IMG/VR virus record: IMGVR_UViG_3300048886_000450
Span: 1 to 51,139 of that record
Origin: a virus
Taxonomy: Duplodnaviria > Caudoviricetes
DNA length: 51,139 bases
Reading direction: 5' to 3' (one strand)
Shown one piece after another: positions 17,694-27,776 of the stretch. Under the pieces are notes generated by a model. It made no database searches. It was given only the letters and a program-made list of their open reading frames with translations, and was not told the origin of the DNA. Each line of letters begins with the position of its first letter. The first letter of the stretch is position 1. Position numbers and translations under genes: made by a program.

Positions 17694-19234
17694 TATGAAT
17701 ACTTTCCATACAGAGGATGATTCGTAGGAACATCCTTTGGTTTGGAATACAACCCGCTCATGAATTTGATATCCGCAGGATCTATGGTGGATTGAATCCC
17801 TTCACTCTCTTCAAGAGCCTCCCTGCCCTCAATCTCATAAGGATCAGGCTGATAAGAACTGTTGAAAAATTTTCTATCCGCTGAATCCTCTGCCTCCGTC
17901 GCTGCTTTAAGATTTTTCAACCTGTTTTGTTCAGCCAATACTTTGGCTCTTTCAAAAAACTTTATATCAGCGGGGTCTTCTGCCTCTGTAGCGGCCTCCA
18001 TCAAAGGAAACGAAGAACCGGGCACAGCCAAAAGAACGGCCCAATCATCAGCATCTATGCACCCATCACCGATATAAGTCACAATCACGTTGCGGGTACC
18101 GAAAAAATGACGATCGGCAGGATCTATATCACTGATTAATGTCTCTGTTTTGATACCTAATTTGTTCCCTGCTTGCCATGTCTTGACATAACCTTCAGTC
18201 ATCAGACCAAAAATACCGTCCTGATCTTTTTCCGGCATACCAATGGCCATCTGCAAGCGCTTCACATCTGTTCCACTAACACCCTTGCACAAGTCTCTAG
18301 ATCCATACGGAATAACACCAAGACCTACCGATGAATCCGCCACAGTGTCATCAGTTTCTACAAGTGTGCGTGCCTGTATCTGAATAGGCTGATTATTTCC
18401 TTCACTCCAAGAAACTTCTATAATCATGTATTTGCGTGTCGTTTGGGCAGCGTCGGCATTTTCCAAGTTTTGAACGTCCTCTTGATGCGTAGTTTCACTA
18501 GGACCGAACTTGCCTACATTCTTAAATGCTACCGTCATCCCCGGTCGGAGTTTTTTCCCATTTACCCGTGGAACTAGAACTGTCGCCGTGCTTCCTTTCC
18601 AATCATCGTCATTCGTGTTAAAAGCCCAACCAAAAGGAAACCAAGCGTCATTCTCGGGAGCATCTGCATCAACCACAATGCCCGGTTGTCGTTCAATCAG
18701 AAACTCTTCAGAAGAAAAATACAAAACCCCGTATGATTCAAAGACTACATATTCCAAATCATTGGCCAAACGCTGCAAAACATCCCATGTGGACTCATCG
18801 GAATTATCGCCAGACTGACGAGTGATGTTTATCCTGTCCGGAGTCGATTGAATGAAAGCCTCTAATCCAAATTTTTCTGCCATTTGTTTTGCAAAACCGG
18901 CAGCAGAGGTATTCCAATTTGCGGCACCCTTATCTCTTCTCATTCTTTGAACAGCAGCAGAACGACATTGCAACTGAACAGAATCAGGACTGGTCGGATG
19001 CCGTTGAGCAGAAGCACTTGAGATTTCATACGCTTGACCCCGATAAGACACGGGACGACGGATTTGAAAATAATTAGCCTTCATCATTCTAAATTTAGGA
19101 TCATAGATTTGCATCGACAACTGAGAGGTCATGTTGGCAGTCAAACTGACCGTCAAACCCATAACACTTTCAGTTACTTCTGCTGTGCGTTCAGTTCCAA
19201 TTTCACCAAAACGCAATTGCCCCAAGTCTTCCAT
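17693..19234 (-). CDS. Baseplate hub (gpD/late-control-like) with peptidoglycan-binding domain
   Basis: ESTWDVLQRLA..L.Y..FES.G.LYF, LRPGMTV; G..G.DVKRLQ..IG....DGIFG..TE..VK.WQ. Confidence 0.75.
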   Translation of the reverse strand: MEDLGQLRFGEIGTERTAEVTESVMGLTVSLTANMTSQLSMQIYDPKFRMMKANYFQIRRPVSYRGQAYEISSASAQRHPTSPDSVQLQCRSAAVQRMRRDKGAANWNTSAAGFAKQMAEKFGLEAFIQSTPDRINITRQSGDNSDESTWDVLQRLANDLEYVVFESYGVLYFSSEEFLIERQPGIVVDADAPENDAWFPFGWAFNTNDDDWKGSTATVLVPRVNGKKLRPGMTVAFKNVGKFGPSETTHQEDVQNLENADAAQTTRKYMIIEVSWSEGNNQPIQIQARTLVETDDTVADSSVGLGVIPYGSRDLCKGVSGTDVKRLQMAIGMPEKDQDGIFGLMTEGYVKTWQAGNKLGIKTETLISDIDPADRHFFGTRNVIVTYIGDGCIDADDWAVLLAVPGSSFPLMEAATEAEDPADIKFFERAKVLAEQNRLKNLKAATEAEDSADRKFFNSSYQPDPYEIEGREALEESEGIQSTIDPADIKFMSGLYSKPKDVPTNHPLYGKYS

Positions 19235-19243
19235 ATGACTACT

Positions 19244-20038
19244 CTAGGAGGGTCCAGCGCCTAATAATTCATAAGAACCTAAATCATCATGTCCACGCCC
19301 TACACCTACTAAGCCAGCAAGCATTGGATGAGTTTCTTCATAATACCCTCCTAAAAATCCCCAATCTCCAATCTCCGATTCCTCCGGATCATCTTCATCA
19401 ATTTCAGCAGGAATCTCAGGTTCAAACAAGATCGCTTTCAAATGAACAATTTCCGTATTCAAAGGATACGACTCAACTAAACTAATAGATACTCTTGCCC
19501 GAATAGTTTCTCCTTGCAGACTTTTATCCAAAGATGTAATGCTCAATGCAGTCATCCGTAGACGGTAAGGAACAATCACTCCACCATATTGAAGAAGTAG
19601 ATCCTGATCTTCACCAGCAATCTGCTCAAGTGACGCTATTTGTTCCTCAATAGAATCCTTGCCACGACTCTTCCGGTCAGCCAATATCGCACCTAAAGAT
19701 ATCTTTCTATTTTGAGGCGAAACAGAACGCAACAAAGGTTTCTTACTTGGGCGCTGAATTTCCGAATACGCCAGTGCGCTTCCTTCATAGGTCATGTTTT
19801 TTGGCCCATAAGGAAACTCAAACGTCTTCAATATGACTTCAGACTCTTTATCAAACTCAAACGCTGGAAGATAAATACCTAATGCATCATTGAAATATTC
19901 TGGTGATGTTCCAGCGACTTCGCCCTTAGGCATCTGTCTCAATGTCAAACGCTGCGCTTGTGTTAAACGTTGAGCAACCAAAGAACCTGCATCAACCGTA
20001 TCGGTGAGAGAAATATAAAACCTCGCTGTGCCTGACAT
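19244..20038 (-). CDS. Tail tube initiator / gpU-like protein
   Basis: Lies between tape measure and hub; FPYGP...Y....YSEIQRP.KKPLL...RARVSISLVE. Confidence 0.65.
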   Translation of the reverse strand: MSGTARFYISLTDTVDAGSLVAQRLTQAQRLTLRQMPKGEVAGTSPEYFNDALGIYLPAFEFDKESEVILKTFEFPYGPKNMTYEGSALAYSEIQRPSKKPLLRSVSPQNRKISLGAILADRKSRGKDSIEEQIASLEQIAGEDQDLLLQYGGVIVPYRLRMTALSITSLDKSLQGETIRARVSISLVESYPLNTEIVHLKAILFEPEIPAEIDEDDPEESEIGDWGFLGGYYEETHPMLAGLVGVGRGHDDLGSYELLGAGPS

Positions 20039-23000
20039 TACCTAGGCCCTCTCTGCCAATTCTTTCCACCTGATCCAGAGGCCGGACCAGTCGGAATCTG
20101 TTTGCCGTCAGGCATCACCGTAAAGTGCTGACCATTAGAATGAAGGAACGTTGGAGGCTGACTCGCTCCACCCGCCCCAAAGGTCGCTTCATAATCAACC
20201 ATAAAATCATCATCCGCCGGAGTGTCCTCAGTAAATGACCTGTCGATGGCCGACCTTGGAGCAGCAGCAACATTCGCCATAGCAATCAAAGCCGCCGTTG
20301 CGTCAATAACAGCATCGGTTTCTGCTTTCTTAGCGTCATGCGCCGCCTTCCAGATTTCCATATTCTTTCTAGCCAACTCTTGTTCAATCGTGCCTGCTTC
20401 CCACATCGCCCTAATAGCCTTGGTTTCAAGCGGATCGCCCATCGTTTCGCTCATGTGTTGGAGTTGCTGAACCTCTTGACTCTTCACAAAATCTTGGTAA
20501 GTCTTCTCTTTGAAACTCTCAACTTCTCTAGTAAATGCTTGTGCCCCTGCACCTACGCCGCGCTTATTAGCCTCACGCTGAAAACCTGCCGCCCCCTTAT
20601 GCACAAACTCCACTAGATCGTAACCTGTCAAACCCAATGCTTGTCCTTGAGCCATAGCCGCATCTATTGCCGAAGCAGCGGTATCGTTACTAATCGTACC
20701 GGTAGTCATCAATTCTTCTAGCATCGCGTTATTCGCAGCCTTCGACTGCCCCAACGCTTCATCCACAGCAGCACCCTTATGGAAACGACTACCAAACACA
20801 ACTTGACCAAAAGACCTATTAATAGCATCTGAGAACATGGTTACGCCAGCAGCCATTGTCGTAGTTTCATAATCTGCGTAGAGGCCCATGAGGAAATCAC
20901 GCATAGAACCAGCGGTATCTCGTAAAGCAATATTCATTGCATCTGCGGCCTCTGTAATTTCACGAGCGCTCATGCCAGTCAAATCAGCCATCTCTAGTAC
21001 AGCCGCATTAAAAGAATCCATTTCTCTAATAGCCGCTTCTCCAACCTGTTTTTGAAGAGCGCCCTTATGAGCCAGCGCATCGTCCTCTTCAAAACCCTGC
21101 TGTCTTGCCCAAGCCAAGAATGCCACCTCCGCCTCCGCTCCTTGTCCGAAGGTTTTCTGAAAATCTTTCATCTTTGAAGTTATGTTTGCCCCATTCACGC
21201 CTTTCAACTCGTCTTCGATTGCGAAACCGTAATCGCCCATGGCCGATCCTGTTTCCGCCTTTCGATCTTTCTCAGCACTTTTACCCTTGAACCACCCATA
21301 AGTAGCCATCGCCGCTGCCGCTATTCCAGCCGCGGCCATGGTCGCTGGCCCCCCGGCTGGAGACATCGCCATCAGGGCTGCAACCGACAGGCCGCCACCA
21401 AGACCACCCGATACAGCACCTGACCATCTGCCCTGTGCTTGATGTGCGCCCATCATGCCACTAATACCAGCGGCAATGCCAGCGCCTTTCAGACCCCCAT
21501 ACTTCGCACCAGTCATGCCACCCATCATCATGCCCATGCCACCCAGTTGCATCATCTGGGACATATTTCTGACGATCTGGTTATCGCCTCCCATTGCCCC
21601 TAGCATCATGGCACCCATAACCATGGCCCCACCACCTAGTCCGGACATACCGCCGAAGGATGCTTTTCCAGCAGCCAACGCAGCCTGACTACGGGTCGCT
21701 CCGGGTCCAGAGGCTGTGTCGGCACGGAAATATCTATACCAATCTCTTGCGCCTCCCACACGGTTACCTACACCCCAACCGATACTACTCATCGGACCCA
21801 TACCAGCGGGCCGCACACCAGTAGGCCCAGCCGTCATACCCTGTCGCATAAAACCAGCCGCAGCCTGACCACCTCTGGTCATACTTAGCCAGCCCATACC
21901 TAATACGGCCAAACCGCCCAATCCACCGGGCATAGCAGCCATAGTTCCAATCAAACTATTCATTACTTTCAACAAAGGAAGAAACGCCGAAACCACATTC
22001 CTAATAACCGGCAAAGCAGACTTAAACGCTGTAACAAACTGGCTAACAAAATCTCCCAATACTGGAAAAACTTCATCTGTCAAAAACTTAAGAAAATCAT
22101 TCAGTTCCGGAAGAATAATGAAAAACTCATCTTTTGTTCTTGTGATGACATCCATTATCCCACCAATAGCACCACCCAAACGGGTTCCAAACAATTCAAA
22201 CTCGTCCCTATTCTCCTTAATCAACTTATTCCATGTCTTGAACCGCTCTGAAACAAAACCGCCGATACCAGCAGATCCGAAAAGATTTTTCAACATCTCC
22301 CAAGCGGCATCACCAGAATCAGAAAACTTTTTCATACTGACGCCAAGATCACCAAAGAACTTGCTAGTACCAGACTTGAAATCCCGCCACCAATCAGCGA
22401 TCTTTCCCATTACCGTTGTGAAACGCGGAAGATCCTCAATAATCAACTTGACGAAAAAGTCAGTCGCCTTCTCCATGCCACGAATCATGGCGGGCATGAA
22501 GGTTCCCAAACCATACGACTGCAAAACACCCGTAACACGCATCAACCCTGTACGAAGGATCCTCTCCACATCATTCATAGCGTCGCGTAACGGAACTAAA
22601 AATACAGAACCAATATCAGCAAGTTGGTTGTATAGCGTTGTGATCATTCCCTTGAAGCCACCCATAACGGTGTCATCAAGTTTGTCAAGAGAACCCTTCA
22701 TGGCGTCCGGAGTAAACTCTCCCCGAATCATTGCCCCGATCATGTCATTACCTTGGTAACTTTGAAACGACTTAGCCGCTTCTTTGTAGGCTGGACCCAT
22801 ACCCTTCATTTGATCAACGACAGCGGTCCTATTGCCGGTTGCCATCATTTGTGTCCAAGCCTGAGCCATGCCCTGAGTGGCTTTTACATCCCCACCAGAA
22901 AAGTTTCCAAAAGCACGCGTCAACATGCCAACATTTCTAGAATCAACACCACCACGAGACAGCGTGGAAGCGAGTTGTTGCAGATTCTGAATCCCCATCT

Positions 23001-23499
23001 GCGCCGTTGATCCCATCCTCATCCCGCTCATGGCGGTGCGGGCTGCCTGTAAGCCGCCCACAAACGGCGCTAATTGAACCTGTGAAAATTGCCTGTTGGC
23101 TGCGGCGATTGTTGAAACAAGACCGACAATGCCCGCGGTTAATCCAGCAACACCAACTTTCAAAAAGGACAGAGTAGAACCCCATGCGCGCATAATGGCC
23201 TGTCCAGTTGCCAGCGCAGCCTTCATGGCTACCAAACCGGCAGTTACAGCAAGGAGTTCTACACCAAAGGCTTTGAGGTTGATCTTGATCAACTTGGCCC
23301 CAAAGCGGCCCATCATCTGCATCGTTTTACCTAAGGCACGAGCAAAATCTCTGTCTAACGTCCGCGCCGCTTTATCAAGACTTCTATGTGCCTTTTTAGC
23401 GTTTTTATCAAATGCTGCAAGAGCAGCATTGACGGCAGCAGCCTTGCCAAGATCTGGGTCTATTTCAACCCTGATAACTACTTTCTGCTCAACCGCCAT
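20038..23499 (-). CDS. Tape measure protein
   Basis: 1153 aa, Ala/Gly/Met-rich helical sequence with hydrophobic stretches, directly after the tail chaperone. Confidence 0.92.
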   Translation of the reverse strand: MAVEQKVVIRVEIDPDLGKAAAVNAALAAFDKNAKKAHRSLDKAARTLDRDFARALGKTMQMMGRFGAKLIKINLKAFGVELLAVTAGLVAMKAALATGQAIMRAWGSTLSFLKVGVAGLTAGIVGLVSTIAAANRQFSQVQLAPFVGGLQAARTAMSGMRMGSTAQMGIQNLQQLASTLSRGGVDSRNVGMLTRAFGNFSGGDVKATQGMAQAWTQMMATGNRTAVVDQMKGMGPAYKEAAKSFQSYQGNDMIGAMIRGEFTPDAMKGSLDKLDDTVMGGFKGMITTLYNQLADIGSVFLVPLRDAMNDVERILRTGLMRVTGVLQSYGLGTFMPAMIRGMEKATDFFVKLIIEDLPRFTTVMGKIADWWRDFKSGTSKFFGDLGVSMKKFSDSGDAAWEMLKNLFGSAGIGGFVSERFKTWNKLIKENRDEFELFGTRLGGAIGGIMDVITRTKDEFFIILPELNDFLKFLTDEVFPVLGDFVSQFVTAFKSALPVIRNVVSAFLPLLKVMNSLIGTMAAMPGGLGGLAVLGMGWLSMTRGGQAAAGFMRQGMTAGPTGVRPAGMGPMSSIGWGVGNRVGGARDWYRYFRADTASGPGATRSQAALAAGKASFGGMSGLGGGAMVMGAMMLGAMGGDNQIVRNMSQMMQLGGMGMMMGGMTGAKYGGLKGAGIAAGISGMMGAHQAQGRWSGAVSGGLGGGLSVAALMAMSPAGGPATMAAAGIAAAAMATYGWFKGKSAEKDRKAETGSAMGDYGFAIEDELKGVNGANITSKMKDFQKTFGQGAEAEVAFLAWARQQGFEEDDALAHKGALQKQVGEAAIREMDSFNAAVLEMADLTGMSAREITEAADAMNIALRDTAGSMRDFLMGLYADYETTTMAAGVTMFSDAINRSFGQVVFGSRFHKGAAVDEALGQSKAANNAMLEELMTTGTISNDTAASAIDAAMAQGQALGLTGYDLVEFVHKGAAGFQREANKRGVGAGAQAFTREVESFKEKTYQDFVKSQEVQQLQHMSETMGDPLETKAIRAMWEAGTIEQELARKNMEIWKAAHDAKKAETDAVIDATAALIAMANVAAAPRSAIDRSFTEDTPADDDFMVDYEATFGAGGASQPPTFLHSNGQHFTVMPDGKQIPTGPASGSGGKNWQRGPR

Positions 23500-23528
23500 A
23501 TCACGGGCCTTTGCTAGTTCATATCAAT

Positions 23529-24232
23529 CTAACGTTTATTCCTAGCCTTTTCTTGTGCCTCCATTACAGCAGCACGTTGTTCGGCTATTACTGCACCACA
23601 TGCTACCCGAATGGCCCATTCATCTTCAGTAACATCTAGCATTTTCAAAGGATCAGTTCCAAACACTTCTCCTAAAGTAGCGGCGGTCTGAATTATAGAA
23701 GACTCTTGTAATTCCTCTATAATTCCGTCGTAGGGTTTTCCCGTGTCTCCACATCCTCGCCATACCCGGCATGATCCAAAATAGCCAAAGCCGTGGACTC
23801 AAGGTGGGGGTCGATCCCATAAAATCTACGAATGCCGTCTGGAATAGGACGAACATCGTTTGTCATTTCTAGAATCTCAGGGGAAGCAAAAGTTACATCA
23901 ATACCATTTTGGTCCTGAACAACCTGATTCTGTATCAAAATAGCCTTACAGGTTGAACCAACCACATAGCAGGCAAACTTCAACGGATCAAAACCGTCCT
24001 TGGTATCCTCGCCAGAGTTCTTCCGCCAAGCACGCAACTGGTTCTGAGTGATATTCGGAGAGAAGCGAACGGACACTCCCGGTCGCTCTGGAACGTCGAT
24101 TTCAATTTCCGGACGTTCGACCTTTTTACTGACCTCTGCTCGCAATTGTTCAAGGACGGTAGGTTTGGACTTTTTATCCTCCAACCCAGAGTCCATAGAA
24201 ATGGTTTCTTTAATGTCGGCGGATTCTGCCAT
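23529..24232 (-). CDS. Tail assembly chaperone -1 frameshift product (GT-type, ~234 aa)
   Basis: Slippery GGGAAAACCCT at 23742-23732 (A AAC CCT heptamer in the zero frame); the -1 frame stays open for 67 codons (YDGIIEELQ...EKARNKR) to TAG at 23531-23529. Confidence 0.78.
23717..24232 (-). CDS. Tail assembly chaperone (G-type)
   Basis: Between tube and TMP; acidic; ends ...RENPTTEL; AGGAG RBS. Confidence 0.8.
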   Translation of the reverse strand: MAESADIKETISMDSGLEDKKSKPTVLEQLRAEVSKKVERPEIEIDVPERPGVSVRFSPNITQNQLRAWRKNSGEDTKDGFDPLKFACYVVGSTCKAILIQNQVVQDQNGIDVTFASPEILEMTNDVRPIPDGIRRFYGIDPHLESTALAILDHAGYGEDVETRENPTTEL

Positions 24233-24267
24233 TATTCACACTCCTGATATGACATTCGGTTAAACCG

Positions 24268-24297
24268 AATATTACACCCGTACTAAAGGGTGTTTCA
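24268..24297 (-). promoter_or_regulatory. Candidate sigma70-type promoter for the chaperone/TMP genes, with overlapping inverted repeats
   Basis: TTGAAA-N18-TAATAT on the minus strand; adjacent palindrome ATTCGGTT-A-AACCGAAT (24254-24270). Confidence 0.45.
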
Positions 24298-24320
24298 AGT
24301 TTAAGTTATTGGTTATTAAA

Positions 24321-24767
24321 TTAAGCAGCCAAAGGACCAATTGAGAAGGTCAGGCTGTAAACCGCCGGAGCGCCCGAAGAGGCGTCGCCGTCTGTTTCAG
24401 TCATCCCAACGCAAAGGGCATCCGTATAGAGCCGCTGTGATGCCGGGTTGGCAAGATCGCAATCAAGTTCGACAATGGTGATGTTGTAGTAAGCCTCGCC
24501 CACTAGAGGACGAAGAATACCCAATGGGGCACCATCACGAGATGTTTCATAATGACGGGTAAGAGTAATGTCACCGATATCAGCGGGGGCACACAATGTT
24601 TCTGGGAAACGCGCCCCACCATCATAAACCTTTTCAACAGCCGCAGTGATTTCCCCACCGCTTACCTGAGCAAAATACTCCTCAAAACGAGGGAATTGCT
24701 CAACGGCATGGCCGGTTGCTGGTTCGATACTTGCAACAATTTGCCGCTGTGAAAGTTTCTTAGCCAT
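24321..24767 (-). CDS. Tail tube protein
   Basis: 148 aa after the sheath; FAQVSGGEI....EKVYDGG...DITLTR. Confidence 0.85.
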   Translation of the reverse strand: MAKKLSQRQIVASIEPATGHAVEQFPRFEEYFAQVSGGEITAAVEKVYDGGARFPETLCAPADIGDITLTRHYETSRDGAPLGILRPLVGEAYYNITIVELDCDLANPASQRLYTDALCVGMTETDGDASSGAPAVYSLTFSIGPLAA

Positions 24768-24782
24768 TTAAACTACACTCCT

Positions 24783-26282
24783 TTAAAGAACACCGGCTGT
24801 CAAATTAGACTTAGTGATGTTGACTGTGATTTTATCACCAACAGCCGATACCCTGACTGCAACATCTGCGGTAACTTGACCAATATTTAAATTGGTATCA
24901 CTGTTATTGGTACTATCTACAATCACTGAATAGCCCGGATCTAGTCGAACTCCATCTGATCCATAAGCCTCATACAAGCCTCCTGACTTGCGAATAGGCT
25001 CAAGAATACTAACAATTGAATTCTTGATCTTCAAGAAAAGAGCGCCACGCCCATCAATTGTTTGAAACACATGATCCTCAAGGCGCTTCTCACACTGATA
25101 AACAACATGGTTCAAAGTGTCTCGTGAAGTAATGAAACGCCAATCGTTTTCCGTAGCGGAAGCAGACCGTGCGCCATACACACGAACCTTGCCGTTGATA
25201 ACTCGCAAAGCGTTGATGCGAGCATTATCCAACTCGTCACCAGTGGCCTTGTCCATCAACTGTGTGGCAGGCATTGACAAACCAGTCACATACTTGGCTT
25301 CCGAAACCAAACCTGCTCCTACCCGCCACGGTCCACCAGCAGCATTAGCAGCCTTGGAACGAGTAGCGCAAACGTAGGCATCCGGAGCAATCGATACCGC
25401 CAACCCGGCCTCAGCCGGATCCGGAACCTTTACCCACGGATAGTAAAAAGCAGCGTAATGAGCATCAGTGTCCGTATAAATAGCGGGAGATGCCGAATTG
25501 AGAGCCGTTTTAGAACCTGTCGCCGTATTTGTAGATGCAAATGAACAAATAGCAATTCGATCATTCGTTTTGGCATGATCAATAAGGGCGTGCCAATAAC
25601 CAGAAGCCGTAGCAATACCGGGAATAGCCACAGCGCCCGGACCAACGTCCTTATTTATTTTGGCCAGAGCCTCAACATAATTGTCTGTCGCACCAGCATT
25701 TGTAACAAGCGTTCCCTCAGCGCCACTAGTCATCGCATTTACAACCGTAGTGACAGGCATATTTGTTGCACCAGATTCTTTGGCAACGGTCACAAGATGC
25801 TTCACATCGTTAGAAGCATTAATTGTGTTAATAACCTCATCCAAAGTCGAAAGGTCAGCAGTTGTCAAAACCGTTTCCCCATCTAGAACAACCTTGATCC
25901 GAACACCAGCAACATCACCGGCAATAACCTGAACGCTCAAATTGGCTGCCCAAGCGCCCACATCAGCAGCAGTGAAAGTAGCCACCGTGGAACCATTACT
26001 GTCAAGGATCGCCCTTGTGCCTGCAACGGCATCGTCGGCTACAGCACGCATAACCTGAAGGCGAGAACCGCCCTCTTCAAAGTACGTCTGAGCATGTGCG
26101 TATAAATTCCCAGAAACATGCCCACCGAAATACTTTTTGTATTCGGTAAGATTCCGAACAAGGGTAGGTTCAGTTGACTTACCCCTAACGGTCGTTCCTA
26201 CGAAAAACGCCTGACCCGAGATTGCTTCTCCAACAGTCGCTGGGCCACTGCGAACTGCGGTATTTACTACGATCCCCGGCAT
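24783..26282 (-). CDS. Contractile tail sheath protein
   Basis: MPGIVV, AFFVG.T.RG....LV.....Y...FG, YFEEGG, AAFYYPWV, RINAL...VRVYGARS, WRFI..R. Confidence 0.93.
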   Translation of the reverse strand: MPGIVVNTAVRSGPATVGEAISGQAFFVGTTVRGKSTEPTLVRNLTEYKKYFGGHVSGNLYAHAQTYFEEGGSRLQVMRAVADDAVAGTRAILDSNGSTVATFTAADVGAWAANLSVQVIAGDVAGVRIKVVLDGETVLTTADLSTLDEVINTINASNDVKHLVTVAKESGATNMPVTTVVNAMTSGAEGTLVTNAGATDNYVEALAKINKDVGPGAVAIPGIATASGYWHALIDHAKTNDRIAICSFASTNTATGSKTALNSASPAIYTDTDAHYAAFYYPWVKVPDPAEAGLAVSIAPDAYVCATRSKAANAAGGPWRVGAGLVSEAKYVTGLSMPATQLMDKATGDELDNARINALRVINGKVRVYGARSASATENDWRFITSRDTLNHVVYQCEKRLEDHVFQTIDGRGALFLKIKNSIVSILEPIRKSGGLYEAYGSDGVRLDPGYSVIVDSTNNSDTNLNIGQVTADVAVRVSAVGDKITVNITKSNLTAGVL

Positions 26283-26324
26283 TCGTGCGCCTCCACTTGG
26301 CTTATTGCGGACTTACGTTTGAAA

Positions 26325-26356
26325 ATCTTACATGCCATAAACTGTGTTTCATTGCA
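26325..26356 (-). promoter_or_regulatory. Candidate late promoter upstream of the sheath gene
   Basis: TGCAATGAA-N17-TAAGAT; same 9-mer and spacing as upstream of the MCP. Confidence 0.55.
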
Positions 26357-26393
26357 TGTATCAACGGCATTACTTTATCACTTAAGGCTGCCA

Positions 26394-27281
26394 CTAAGCA
26401 GAAGGTGTTACAGATAATGAAGCAGATGAATAAGCACCTGTTCCTGCACCGTTTAAAGCAGCAACTCTAAATAGATATGTAGTTCCGTTAGTTAGACCCG
26501 TTACCGTATGGGCAGGGTTGGTCGTACCCGTATCAGCGACCGTTGTAGACCATGTGGTCCCGTTATCTACCGAATATTGAATTGTGTAGCCAGTGATTGC
26601 GTAAGTTCCTCCACCGTCCCAAGTGGGTGCTTTCCAACTCAACAAGGATTGGGTATTCCCTCCGCCAGCCCCAAGGTTTGTCGGAGCGTTAGGAACCTTT
26701 TCCATGAGAGTTTCATTGACAATATTTGTCAACACGGCTCCCTTAACAGCGCGAGTAACTGTTTCGTAAAGACTCAAGTCATAACTCAAAAATGATGCTG
26801 CTAAAAAGCGTTCCCCTTTAAGAAGTGTTAAGTCAGAAAAATCTTCCGTAATTGTTCCCTCATCGATCTTAATATCGCAATCCTCACCCACCGCCTCTGC
26901 CCCACGAAGGGCTGGTCTATCTAGTAAGGCATCACGAACAACCATCGTCATGTGGTCGCGAGAAGTAGTAACAACATCCGGACCCGTAGCCCGAACCCAA
27001 ACATACGTTCGCATCCTGTAAATAACTTGATATGTCGGATCAAGCGTGCTTGACATACTTTCACGAACAATCTGAGACGTTGATTCAACCAAAGTGATAA
27101 TCGTTGGCCAGTTGTCCATTGTCAACGGCTCAAATGTCAAATACTTAACTGGATTTGGAAGTTCAGTTGACGACAAACCCAAATTATTGCGATAGTTCAA
27201 CACCCGCGTAGGCAGGTCAGACGCTAGAAAATCGCTGACATACTTTTTGGCCGCTGCTGGGCCTTCCATTGTTGCAGGCAT
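26394..27281 (-). CDS. Tail terminator/completion protein with C-terminal fibronectin type III domain
   Basis: Position before the sheath; PNAPTNL...LSWKAP..DGG..ITGY.IQYS...GLTNGTTYLFRVAALN..G.G.YS. Confidence 0.75.
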   Translation of the reverse strand: MPATMEGPAAAKKYVSDFLASDLPTRVLNYRNNLGLSSTELPNPVKYLTFEPLTMDNWPTIITLVESTSQIVRESMSSTLDPTYQVIYRMRTYVWVRATGPDVVTTSRDHMTMVVRDALLDRPALRGAEAVGEDCDIKIDEGTITEDFSDLTLLKGERFLAASFLSYDLSLYETVTRAVKGAVLTNIVNETLMEKVPNAPTNLGAGGGNTQSLLSWKAPTWDGGGTYAITGYTIQYSVDNGTTWSTTVADTGTTNPAHTVTGLTNGTTYLFRVAALNGAGTGAYSSASLSVTPSA

Positions 27282-27775
27282 CAGTCAAACACCATCGCCT
27301 TGATTCTCTTGTATCCTTGCATTCCCTTAGTACCATACAACAGATATTCACCCACCTTTTCACCCAAATCATGGGCAAATCCTTTAGGGACGAACACTAG
27401 TTTTCGGGCTGGCATAAAACGAGTACCATGCTGATGAAACCTTGCGTACTCTAAATCTGTACCAAAAGTTGCAGACCTATGACCAATACGATTAACCCGC
27501 CCGGACAGAGTCGTTAAATACCAGTACAAATCTCCTTCACGAATCATGGTCGGAAGCGCCCCGTAATGAGCAATCTTCCAAGACTGGTATTCCATGTCCA
27601 GAGTGTTCCACGCTTTACCAGAAGCGAGACCCTGAGTGGCAAAATTCAGTCTGTTGGCTTTTTTCATTTCGTCCCGCGCCCACCTCAACACAGAATGAAA
27701 ACTCACAGACCGTCGAACCATTCCAGCAAAATAGGCTTTGACCCGCAGCGTTCCCCGTGCTTCTATCTTGCTCAT
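27281..27775 (-). CDS. Neck / virion morphogenesis protein (gpG/gpS-like)
   Basis: NF..QG..SG..W..L...Y...K, FGTDLEYARFHQHGT..MPAR. Confidence 0.85.
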   Translation of the reverse strand: MSKIEARGTLRVKAYFAGMVRRSVSFHSVLRWARDEMKKANRLNFATQGLASGKAWNTLDMEYQSWKIAHYGALPTMIREGDLYWYLTTLSGRVNRIGHRSATFGTDLEYARFHQHGTRFMPARKLVFVPKGFAHDLGEKVGEYLLYGTKGMQGYKRIKAMVFD

Positions 27776-27776
27776 A

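Noticed and set aside
22118-23545. Long plus-strand ORFs antisense to the tape measure gene
   Set aside because: Antisense shadows with no RBS or motifs
23653-23856. Listed 67-aa ORF as the chaperone extension
   Set aside because: It is in the other frame, overlaps the chaperone extensively and leaves the gap unfilled; the -1 frame ending at 23529 fits better
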